Shown: piece by piece, positions 1 to 7,885 of the stretch
How positions within the stretch are numbered: the first letter of the stretch is position 1
Layout: each line of letters opens with the position of its first letter
Assembly: GCA_022710775.1 (NCBI GenBank)
Contig: JAKLGH010000007.1
Location: forward strand, 9,184 to 62,133
From: Patescibacteria group bacterium
GTDB lineage: Bacteria; Patescibacteriota; Minisyncoccia; Minisyncoccales; UBA5738
Length of the DNA stretch: 52,950 nt
Direction of reading: 5' to 3'
Position numbers and translations under genes: made by a program
The notes under the pieces: model-generated
What the model was told of the DNA's origin: nothing
Database searches by the model: none
Seen by the model: only the letters and a program-made list of their open reading frames with translations

Positions 1-95
1 GTCTTGTCTGACCTGTCTTGTCTGACCTGTCTTGTCTGACCTGTCTTGTCTGACCTGTCTTGTCTGACCTGTCTTGTCTGACCTGTCTTGTCTTT
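1..95. repeat. Tandem repeat of the 14-nt unit GTCTTGTCTGACCT, about 6.8 copies
   Basis: Direct reading: units start at 1, 15, 29, 43, 57, 71, with a partial unit at 85. The reverse complement AGGTCAGACAAGAC is related to the coding repeat inside the downstream ORF (309-386). No start codon precedes it on the minus strand in any frame, so it is not an obvious CDS. Confidence 0.9.
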
Positions 96-279
96 GATTT
101 ATTGATTTACTTTGGGTATAATTTAGTTAAGCATTGAATACTTAAAAACGGTCGGCAAACCTGTTTGTCGCCGATTTCAAAGATTCAATACAAAATTAAA
201 ATAATAAATTGCGCCATCAACTTGTCCGGCCTGCAACTGTTAAAGGCGCTTCCGGCAACATGGTACGCATTTAAATTCT

Positions 280-1287
280 ATGGCGGAAGCTGAACAACGT
301 TATAATGACCAGACAGGACAAACATCGGAAGACAAGACAGGACAGACAAGACAAACATCGGAAGACAAGACAGGACAGACAAGACAAACTGATTTGTTGC
401 CTTCTTTCAGTCAGATTCTTGGCAGTTCGTGGCAGATCTACCGGCTTAAAATCAAGGCTTTGATCGGTATTACATTGATCCCGGTTTTAGCTTCTTTGTT
501 TTTTGTAATTATTGCGCTGCTTTGCGTCGCTTTATTTTCAGCATTAGGCGTTGTGACTGGCGGAGCGTATACCTCAATTATTGTTGTTATAGCGATCGTA
601 CTCGGGCTTATTGCCGTCATTGCTTTATTGTATTTGGCCTTTTGGGGCCAAATCGCGCTTTTATACAATATCGGCTCCGGGGAAGCGATAGGGGCGGTCG
701 AATCCTATAAAAAAACCAAAGGCAAGATTTGGGATTTTGCTTGGATAGCTTGTCTTGTTGGATTGATCGAATTATGCGGTTATTTGTTGCTTCTAGTGCC
801 GGGTATTATTTTTTCGATTTGGTTTTCCTTTGCCACGATCGTTTTTTTATTTGAAAATGAAAAGGGGATGAACGCCCTCTTAAAAAGCCGCGAATACGTA
901 AGAGGAAAGTGGTGGAACGTATTGATCCTTCTGTGGGCGATGAGCGGGCTTTTTCTTCTATTATCCTGGACGTTTTCGTTCCTCGGCGACGGGCTCAAGG
1001 CAGCCAATTCTCATGAAGCGATCCAGCTTTTGTTCGGCTTTGTTGAGCAAACCGCCTTATTCATCCTTGCCCCGCTGCAAACCGTATTCGTTTACCAAAC
1101 CTTTAAAAGCTTGAAAGCCGTGAAACCAGAGATGGTCTTTACACCCAGCAAAAGAACCAGGACGGCGGCTATTATTACCTGCGTTCTTGGCGGATTGGTG
1201 TTGGTTGCGCTTATCGCCTTAGCGGTAATCGGTATCGCGGCCCTGTCGCAAACAGGCATTGGCCTGGAAGCATTATTCAACCAATAA
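280..1287 (+). CDS. Polytopic membrane protein (about 8 predicted TM helices) with an N-terminal in-frame tandem repeat (TSEDKTGQTRQ x2.4, 33-nt unit at 309-386)
   Basis: ORF track. The hydrophobic segments are evident in the translation. The 33-nt period was read directly. No family could be assigned with confidence. Confidence 0.55.
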   Translation: MAEAEQRYNDQTGQTSEDKTGQTRQTSEDKTGQTRQTDLLPSFSQILGSSWQIYRLKIKALIGITLIPVLASLFFVIIALLCVALFSALGVVTGGAYTSIIVVIAIVLGLIAVIALLYLAFWGQIALLYNIGSGEAIGAVESYKKTKGKIWDFAWIACLVGLIELCGYLLLLVPGIIFSIWFSFATIVFLFENEKGMNALLKSREYVRGKWWNVLILLWAMSGLFLLLSWTFSFLGDGLKAANSHEAIQLLFGFVEQTALFILAPLQTVFVYQTFKSLKAVKPEMVFTPSKRTRTAAIITCVLGGLVLVALIALAVIGIAALSQTGIGLEALFNQ

Positions 1288-1380
1288 ACTACAACCTGCG
1301 GGCGGATAAATAAACTACGCCGGGGCAGAGCCCCGGAGTATTCTGCCAGTTAAATAAGGGGGTGCTTCGTAACGAAAAAC

Positions 1381-1402
1381 AGGACGCTAGGTCCTGTTTT
1401 TT
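1381..1402 (+). terminator. Rho-independent terminator-like hairpin (AGGACgctaGTCCT followed by a T-run) downstream of ORF 280-1287
   Basis: Stem-loop plus six Ts read directly. Confidence 0.5.
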
Positions 1403-1405
1403 CTT

Positions 1406-1479
1406 TGGTCGGGGCGCAGGGAATCGAACCCTGTCTGCATCCTCCCGAAGGATGTATACTACCGGCATATTCCGCCCCG
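1406..1479 (-). tRNA. tRNA-Pro (anticodon CGG), 74 nt with encoded CCA
   Basis: Cloverleaf built by hand: acceptor CGGGGCG/CGCCCCG with C1:G72 (typical of bacterial Pro), D-stem ATAT/GTAT, anticodon stem CATCC/GGATG with loop TTCGGGA, T-arm CAGGG-TTCGATT-CCCTG, discriminator A plus CCA. Position 8 is G rather than U. Confidence 0.8.
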
Positions 1480-1761
1480 CTAAGCGGGGCAATTGCCCCG
1501 CAGGTTGCGGGGCGCCCCGGATGATTTTTTCAATATCCAAATCTTAACCCAGTAACGATGTTTTGTAAATATAGCCAGCGATAAGAAAAATCCGCGCCAT
1601 GCTGCCGCGGCAAACTTTTTCGTCGCGGAGCCAAAACTATAATAACAATTTTTTCAAAAAAATTTCTGAATAGTTTTCAGAAACTTCGACAACTTATTTT
1701 TTTCATCGAACCTCCAACGGCGGGGGATAGGGAGGATTTTAATTTTGCGTCTTTTGCTTTT

Positions 1762-3282
1762 TTACGTAACCCAATATTTTTTCTTCGTCATTTTGTCGTT
1801 TTTCTCTTCCACATCTTCCTTCTTCTCTTCAGCCAGCCTTGCGGTTTCCGCCAGTTCTTTTTCGTTTAGCCGGCCAAGCTTCCGAACTTGGGAGGTTAAA
1901 AACGTTTTATCGTTTTTGTCCGGGTCTTCCAAAACAGTTCCGAGCAAAATATCCAGGATCGCCCCGACCTTTGGGCCGGGCGGAATATTTAAAATCTTCA
2001 TTACGTCCTGGCCGTTGACGCAGAGCATTTTTACCGAAATCGGATCTTTGGCTGTCTTCTCGATCAAATAGCGCATATGCCTCAATTTATAAGGTTCGGC
2101 TTTAGGGCAGCCCGAACCGATCCGGTCAGCCATTCTTACCTGGAGCAATTCATCCACGTTCTCCATGCCGACTTTCCGGACCAGCCGCCTCACCGAAGCT
2201 TCGCCGACCTCGCCCACATTGTAATAAAACAAATGATATCTCACTAAACGGGTGATTCTTTCCGCGTCGGTTTTTTTGAATTTAAGCCGGTTTAAAATTT
2301 GCTGAACCATTTTAGCTCCGATGACTTCGTGGTTATAGAAAGTCGAGTCCGGCCCGTTTCCTTGTTTGGCGCGCGGTTTGCCCACGTCGTGGAGCAGGGA
2401 GGCGATCTTTACATATATATTGAATTTGGAGCGGGCGGCAAATCGCAGCGAATATAAAGAATGCTTATAGATATCGTAGACATGATGCTTGTTCTGGCCG
2501 ACATCGTAGCCCTCTTCGAGCTCCGGAATAATATGCCCCAAAAGCCCCAATTCTCGCAGCAGCTCAATGCCTTCGTCGGCGCGGTCGGTAGCCATCATTT
2601 TCAGGAATTCATCGCGGATCCTTTCTTTGGAAATATTGCCCAGCAAGCGGGCGTTCTTTTTGACCGCCTCGGAGGTTTCGGCATCGATGATCCAGCCTTT
2701 GCCAAGAGTAATCGCAAACCTGGCTGCGCGCATCATCCGCAGCGCGTCCTCGGAAAACCTCTCGTTCGGGTCGCGCACGGCTTTGATGATCTTGGCTTGC
2801 AAATCGCTTTGTCCGCCAAACGGATCAATGATCTCAACCTCGGATTTGCCGCCGCCGGGATCATAGCTCAAGGCGATGGCATTGACCGTAAAATCCCGGC
2901 GCGCCAGATCCTCTTTGATGTTTTTTGCCCATGCCACGCTGTCGGGATGGCGCTGGTCGCTGTATTCCGATTCAATACGGTAGGGGGTTATTTCGATCTC
3001 AAAAATTTCTTCCTTTCCCAAACCGTCTTCACTTTTTCCGGGGGGGTCCATCCTTTCTATTCTGGCTGTAATCGTACCGAATTTATTGTCGGTATAACTA
3101 TTTAAAAAGGCTGCTTGGATCTGGTCAGGCAGCGCGCTGGTTGCAACGTCCCAATCTTCGGGCTCGGCCTTGCGCAACAGGTCGCGAACGCATCCGCCTA
3201 CTATATATGCTTCAAAACCGCGCCTTTTCAGCTCTTCAACCGCAAACTTCACCTCTGAAGGTATTTTTTTCAAAATTTCCAT
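1762..3282 (-). CDS. cca: CCA-adding tRNA nucleotidyltransferase with a C-terminal HD domain
   Basis: The N-terminus has the GGCVRDLLL pol-beta nucleotidyltransferase motif, followed by RxxRFxxxL and an HD motif (HDVGK). The start was moved to the internal ATG at 3282 (MEILKK...), which has an AAGGA RBS. The ORF track extends to 3348. Confidence 0.8.
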   Translation of the reverse strand: MEILKKIPSEVKFAVEELKRRGFEAYIVGGCVRDLLRKAEPEDWDVATSALPDQIQAAFLNSYTDNKFGTITARIERMDPPGKSEDGLGKEEIFEIEITPYRIESEYSDQRHPDSVAWAKNIKEDLARRDFTVNAIALSYDPGGGKSEVEIIDPFGGQSDLQAKIIKAVRDPNERFSEDALRMMRAARFAITLGKGWIIDAETSEAVKKNARLLGNISKERIRDEFLKMMATDRADEGIELLRELGLLGHIIPELEEGYDVGQNKHHVYDIYKHSLYSLRFAARSKFNIYVKIASLLHDVGKPRAKQGNGPDSTFYNHEVIGAKMVQQILNRLKFKKTDAERITRLVRYHLFYYNVGEVGEASVRRLVRKVGMENVDELLQVRMADRIGSGCPKAEPYKLRHMRYLIEKTAKDPISVKMLCVNGQDVMKILNIPPGPKVGAILDILLGTVLEDPDKNDKTFLTSQVRKLGRLNEKELAETARLAEEKKEDVEEKNDKMTKKKYWVT

Positions 3283-3487
3283 GATGTATCCTTTTTTAGC
3301 CGTTTTATACCGATTTTCCGACGGTTCTGCGGTAAAAGGCGTTAGCAAGGTCTTCGCGGCATGCCCGGCCGCACAGCATTTGGCCGGCCGCTTAAGTGAA
3401 TTCAGCTTACATTACAATTTGCTTTTTTTCAATAATTCTGGTATAAAAAGCTAGTGCTTGTTGCCAAAATCGCTCGTTGCGTTTTTT

Positions 3488-3559
3488 GGCCTCTGTAGCT
3501 TAATGGATAAAGTGCCGGTCTTCGGAACCGGCGATGGGGGTTCAATTCCCTCCAGAGGC
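3488..3559 (+). tRNA. tRNA-Arg (anticodon UCG), 72 nt, no encoded CCA
   Basis: Hand-built cloverleaf: acceptor GCCTCTG/CAGAGGC, D-stem GCTT/AAGT, anticodon stem CCGGT/ACCGG with loop CTTCGGA, T-arm GGGGG-TTCAATT-CCCTC. Confidence 0.75.
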
Positions 3560-3645
3560 ACAAGAAAGGAAAAACGGGCGTTAAAGCGTTATCGTCATAA
3601 GACGATAAGGAACGGAAGCGGTTAACAATAGAAAGCAAAAATAAC

Positions 3646-4140
3646 TTGGTCCCAGGGTTTAAAAAAATGAAAAAAACAATACTAAGTTCGTTCGTTATTG
3701 TTTTGTTTTTTGCGGCTGCCGCTCAAGTTTCCGCCTCGGGATTGGTTCCTTGCGGAGGCCCCGAAGAAGCGCCTTGCGATCTTTGTTTTTTGTTCTCGTT
3801 GGTAAAGTCAGCCGTCGATTTTATTCTTCTTACGGTTATTCCGCCCGTTGCCGCCTTGATTATCATCTTGTCGGGAATTAACTTGATGGCCAACAAGAAC
3901 AGCCCGGAAACAATAAATAAAACGAAAAAGGTGTTGTATTCAACGTTTTTCGGACTCGCTATTATTTTTACGGGCTGGGTGGTAATAAACACGGCTTTAT
4001 CGGCAATGAAAATCGCTGTTTGGGAAGCCAATGAAGGAAAATGGTGGAAATTTTCCTTGGTATGCGCCGGCCACGGCGGAGAATACGAGGAAAAAGATCT
4101 TGAAGTGTGCGAGGGAATGGAAAATGAGCAAAATAAGTAA
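3646..4140 (+). CDS. Secreted pilin-like protein: signal peptide, two TM helices separated by a short Lys-containing loop, and a Cys-containing C-terminal tail. Paralogous to the 2-TM domains at 17470-17741 and 18700-18890.
   Basis: The 2-TM module ...SGINLMANKNSPETINKTKKVLYSTFFGLAIIFTGWVVINTAL aligns by eye with the C-terminus of ORF 15381-17741 and the N-terminal part of ORF 18566-19492. It resembles the T4SS (TrbC/VirB2-type) pilins of CPR and Gram-positive bacteria. Confidence 0.55.
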   Translation: MVPGFKKMKKTILSSFVIVLFFAAAAQVSASGLVPCGGPEEAPCDLCFLFSLVKSAVDFILLTVIPPVAALIIILSGINLMANKNSPETINKTKKVLYSTFFGLAIIFTGWVVINTALSAMKIAVWEANEGKWWKFSLVCAGHGGEYEEKDLEVCEGMENEQNK

Positions 4141-4234
4141 AATAAGTACTATAAGTAAAATAAGTAAAGTAGAAAAACCAAGAAACCAAAGAAAAATATT
4201 AGAAAGAGCGGGAACAGGGCAATAAGCCCGTTGG

Positions 4235-4306
4235 GCCCCCATAACTCAACGGTAGAGTAACTGCCTCTTAAGCAGTGAGTTGCAGGTTCGAATCCTGCTG
4301 GGGGCA
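4235..4306 (+). tRNA. tRNA-Lys (anticodon CUU), 72 nt, no encoded CCA
   Basis: Hand-built cloverleaf: acceptor GCCCCCA/TGGGGGC, D-stem ACTC/GAGT, anticodon stem ACTGC/GCAGT with loop CTCTTAA, T-arm GCAGG-TTCGAAT-CCTGC. Confidence 0.8.
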
Positions 4307-4392
4307 CATCGAGTCGCGTTATCGGTAAAAAGCTTAAACGAAAATTAATTAAATAATACGTAATAATTTTCTGCGGAATTAAAAAGAAAAAT

Positions 4393-4659
4393 ATGTTAAC
4401 CAAAGAAGAGAAAACAAAATTGATAGAAAAGTATAAACTTCATAACGAAGATACGGGCTCTCCGGACGTCCAAGTGGCGATTTTAAGCGAGGAGATCGAA
4501 AGACTCCAGAGCCATTTAAAAAAGCACCAAAAAGACATCCACTCAAAACGCGGCCTGCTTAAAATGGTGTCAAAACGCCGCAAGTTTTTAAACTATCTGC
4601 GCGATATCGATGCAAGCCGATATGCCTCTGTTTTAAAAAAGATCGGGCTTAAGAAATAA
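4393..4659 (+). CDS. rpsO: 30S ribosomal protein S15
   Basis: Canonical S15 sequence (MLTKEEKTKLIEKYKLHNEDTGSPDVQVAILSEEIERLQSHLKKHQKDIHSKRGLLKMV...). It lies upstream of pnp, as in the conserved operon. Confidence 0.93.
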   Translation: MLTKEEKTKLIEKYKLHNEDTGSPDVQVAILSEEIERLQSHLKKHQKDIHSKRGLLKMVSKRRKFLNYLRDIDASRYASVLKKIGLKK

Positions 4660-4666
4660 ACCAACC

Positions 4667-4686
4667 ATTGCCGCTTAAGCGGCAAT
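4667..4686 (+). terminator. Perfect 20-nt palindrome ATTGCCGCTTAAGCGGCAAT after rpsO; possible attenuator or processing hairpin (no T-run)
   Basis: Read directly. The rpsO-pnp intergenic hairpins of other bacteria are RNase III / terminator sites. Confidence 0.4.
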
Positions 4687-4713
4687 TTAGTTGGAAAAAG
4701 CCGTTAGAATACA

Positions 4714-5223
4714 ATGAACACAGTTCCTCAACTAGTCGGCCAGAGGATAGCCGTTCTAATCGACGTTCAAAACCTTTATCATTCGGCCCGGAATCTTTAT
4801 CAAGCCCGGGTCAATTTTCGGGAAATCCTTAAAGTAGCGGTTGGCCGCCGGAATCTGATCAGGGCGTTCGCCTACGTGGTAAGAACGAAAACCGGGGAAG
4901 AAAAACCGTTTTTCGAAGCGTTAACCAAGCTTGGGATCGAAACGCGGATCAGAGATCTCCAGGAATTCTACGACGGGCTGAAAAAAGCCGATTGGGATGT
5001 AGGCATCACTGTAGACGCCATAAGGATCTCTCCCTCGATCGATACCATCGTGTTGGCTTCCGGAGACGGCGATTTCCTGCAACTCGTAGACTACCTGAAA
5101 AACCAGGGCAAGAGGGTAGAGGTAATCGCGTTCGGCCGGTCAGCTTCGTCGAAACTGAAAGAATCCGCCGATGAGTTCATCGACATCGAAAAATATCCGG
5201 ATAAGTTTTTATTAAGAAAATGA
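4714..5223 (+). CDS. NYN-domain (LabA/PIN-like) putative ribonuclease
   Basis: Acidic residues in the arrangement typical of NYN/LabA proteins (D17, ...ASGDGDF...). Located between rpsO and pnp. Confidence 0.55.
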   Translation: MNTVPQLVGQRIAVLIDVQNLYHSARNLYQARVNFREILKVAVGRRNLIRAFAYVVRTKTGEEKPFFEALTKLGIETRIRDLQEFYDGLKKADWDVGITVDAIRISPSIDTIVLASGDGDFLQLVDYLKNQGKRVEVIAFGRSASSKLKESADEFIDIEKYPDKFLLRK

Positions 5224-5450
5224 TTTTAGAGGCTGTCTGAAAACTCTGGTCAGAGCGAAATTTTGAGATTTCGAGCGAACCAAGTTAAGAAAAAGGAGGC
5301 ATGCTTAAAGCTAAGCCTGCCGACGATTGATGAATTCGGTGCAGCCGAAAAATCAAAATTGCAGTTGAATAGAGTTTTGAGGCAGTCTCTTAGAGATTCC
5401 GCCGAATCAAAAACCGGCAAAACATTCCGCCAGATAAATTTAGAAAGATT

Positions 5451-7589
5451 ATGGAAAAAGACAAGAATTTAAAAAACAACCAAGATAAACAAAGCAAACA
5501 TTTGCTAACCCTGGGCAGTGCCGAGCTAAGCGTTGAAATCAACGTTTTGGCCGAACAGGCCAACGGCGCGGCTTTAGTGCGTTACGGCGACACCATGATT
5601 TTAGCCACGGCAGTCATGTCGCAAGGAGAAAAAGCCAATATGGGATTCTTTCCCTTAATGGTGGACTATGAAGAAAAATATTACGCGTCCGGAAAAATAA
5701 AAGGCTCGCGGTACGTCAAAAGGGAAACGCGGCCAAGCGACGAGGCTATCCTCAACGCCCGGTTGATAGACCGGACCATCCGGCCGCTTTTCCCCGATTG
5801 GATCAAGAGAGAAGTCCAAACTGTCATCACGGTGCTTTCCTGGGACGCCCAAAACGAGCCTGATATTTTAGGGTTGCTCGGCGCGTCTCTGGCTTTAGGA
5901 GTTTCCAATATTCCCTGGAACGGACCGACGGCAGGAGTGAGGGTAGGGTTGGTGGATGGAAAATACATACTTAATCCAACCTATGAACAGCGTTTGAACA
6001 GCGAAGTCGATGTAGTCTTTACGGGAATAGAAAGAAAAGGTAAGGTGATCATCAATATGATCGAAGGAGGGTTCAAAGAAGTACAGGACGACATGATCAC
6101 TAAGGCGTATGATTTTGCCAAACCCTACATTAAGCAATTATTGGATTTCCAGGTCGAGATCATCAAGGAAGCCGGCAAAGCCAAAGAAGACATCGCAAAA
6201 CCGGCCCAGGATCTCGAGCTTGAAAAATTCATTACCGATTCAATCGGCGACTCCCTTGAAAAAGCGCTTTACCAGGAAGATAAAAGAATCCGTGCTGAAA
6301 AAATAAAAAACGTCCAGGATAATCTGGAAAAAGCCTTGTTGGAAAAATATCCCGATCAGGAAGACAAGATCCGCTATGCGAGCAATTTTGTAGATCAAGA
6401 AATCGAAAGGCTTCTCCACGAAAACGTTTTAAAAAGGGGGCTGCGCCCGGATGGACGGAAACTAGACCAAGTCCGCGGCATCAGCGCACTGATCGGATTG
6501 GTTCCCCGCGCCCACGGATCCGGATTTTTCACCAGGGGTGAAACAAAATGTCTGTCCATTTTAACGCTTGGAGCGCCTGGAGATTCGCAATTGCTGGAGG
6601 GCATGGAAATAGTCGGAAAAAAACGGTTCCTGCACCATTATAATTTTCCTCCATATTCCGTCGGCGAAGTAAGGCCCATGCGCGGACCGGGCCGAAGGGA
6701 AATCGGGCACGGGATGCTTGTTGAAAAAACTCTTCTTTCTTTGATGCCCAGCGTTGAAGACTTCCCTTACACCATCAGGGTCGTTTCGGAAATCCTTTCA
6801 TCCAACGGTTCGACTTCCCAGGCAGCACTATCAGCAGCTTCGCTGGCTTTGATGGACGCGGGCGTTCCTATTAAAACCCTGGCAACCGGCATATCTTTGG
6901 GGCTTATTACCGACGAACAGGGAAATTACAGAATATTGACCGATATCCAGGGACCTGAAGATCATTACGGCGACATGGATTTCAAAGTTGCCGGCACCCG
7001 GACGGGAATTACGGCAATCCAAATGGATGTTAAGATCGACGGTATCGACGAACGCATACTTAAAGAAACCCTACATCGCGGAAAGGAAGCCCGTTCTTAC
7101 ATCTTAGACGAAATGGAAAAAGTAATCTCTAAGCCCCGCCCGGAACTTTCACCGTACGCGCCGCGCATCCTGACCCTCCAGATCAATCCGGAGAAGATCC
7201 GCGAAGTGATCGGGCCGGGAGGAAAAATGATCAACGAAATCATAGACCAATGCGGCGTGCTGATCGATATCGAAGACGATGGAAAGATATTCATTACCGC
7301 CGAGAAGGAAGAATCCGGGAAAAAAGCCGTGGAGTGGATCGAAAGCATTACGCGTGAAGTCAAGGTAGGGGAGGTATTCCAGGGAAAAGTGAAAAGAATA
7401 CTCAACTTCGGCGCTTTTGTGGAAATCCTGCCCAACCAGGAGGGAATGATTCACATCTCCAAGCTATCCGACCACCGGGTCAATAAAGTGGAGGATGTTG
7501 TTAAAATCGGCGACATGGTCCAGGTAAAAGTGATTGGAATCGACGAGCTGGGCCGCATTGATCTTTCCTTGAAAGACGCGAAAAAGTAG
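5451..7589 (+). CDS. pnp: Polyribonucleotide nucleotidyltransferase (PNPase)
   Basis: Two RNase PH-like domains followed by KH (GPGGKMINEI) and S1 (GKVKRILNFGAFVEI) domains at the C-terminus. The exact start is uncertain. Confidence 0.92.
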   Translation: MEKDKNLKNNQDKQSKHLLTLGSAELSVEINVLAEQANGAALVRYGDTMILATAVMSQGEKANMGFFPLMVDYEEKYYASGKIKGSRYVKRETRPSDEAILNARLIDRTIRPLFPDWIKREVQTVITVLSWDAQNEPDILGLLGASLALGVSNIPWNGPTAGVRVGLVDGKYILNPTYEQRLNSEVDVVFTGIERKGKVIINMIEGGFKEVQDDMITKAYDFAKPYIKQLLDFQVEIIKEAGKAKEDIAKPAQDLELEKFITDSIGDSLEKALYQEDKRIRAEKIKNVQDNLEKALLEKYPDQEDKIRYASNFVDQEIERLLHENVLKRGLRPDGRKLDQVRGISALIGLVPRAHGSGFFTRGETKCLSILTLGAPGDSQLLEGMEIVGKKRFLHHYNFPPYSVGEVRPMRGPGRREIGHGMLVEKTLLSLMPSVEDFPYTIRVVSEILSSNGSTSQAALSAASLALMDAGVPIKTLATGISLGLITDEQGNYRILTDIQGPEDHYGDMDFKVAGTRTGITAIQMDVKIDGIDERILKETLHRGKEARSYILDEMEKVISKPRPELSPYAPRILTLQINPEKIREVIGPGGKMINEIIDQCGVLIDIEDDGKIFITAEKEESGKKAVEWIESITREVKVGEVFQGKVKRILNFGAFVEILPNQEGMIHISKLSDHRVNKVEDVVKIGDMVQVKVIGIDELGRIDLSLKDAKK

Positions 7590-7664
7590 GCAAAGCTGAT
7601 TTTAGCCTTCTTCAATACCAACAAACCAGTTGCAAAATTATCTCATAAAAAACGGCCGAAAAAA

Positions 7665-7692
7665 CAGGATGAATATTTTATCCTGCTTTTTT
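7665..7692 (+). terminator. Rho-independent terminator of pnp (CAGGAT-gaatatttt-ATCCTG followed by TTTTTTG)
   Basis: Read directly. Confidence 0.7.
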
Positions 7693-7885
7693 GTCCAAAT
7701 GGGCGATTATGCACTTTGAAAAGAAAAAATTAAGGTTTATGATAGAATAAACAACCTCGCTTTTGGGAGAATTGGTTGTTTATTGGTTCTCCGTATAATT
7801 GCGTACTAAAAAAACGCTATCGGAACCAATAATAGCGCAAAACCAAGCTTATGGCAGTTTTCTCAACAATTTATACGCTCCAACC

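Noticed and set aside
1-95. Possible CRISPR array
   Set aside because: The 14-nt units are contiguous with no spacers, so this is a simple tandem repeat. No cas genes are present.
1289-1547. ORFs 1289-1540 (minus) and 1362-1547 (plus)
   Set aside because: They overlap the tRNA-Pro gene and the conserved hairpin/terminator region. They are spurious.
3968-4403. Minus-strand ORFs overlapping tRNA-Lys and a short AATAAGTA tandem repeat (4135-4175)
   Set aside because: The ORFs overlap a confident tRNA and are spurious. The repeat is short, a 3' low-complexity tail of the pilin gene region, and not separately interpretable.
5263-5472. 69-aa ORF upstream of pnp
   Set aside because: It lies in the pnp leader/5' UTR, has no RBS and a basic low-complexity composition. 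It is more likely non-coding.
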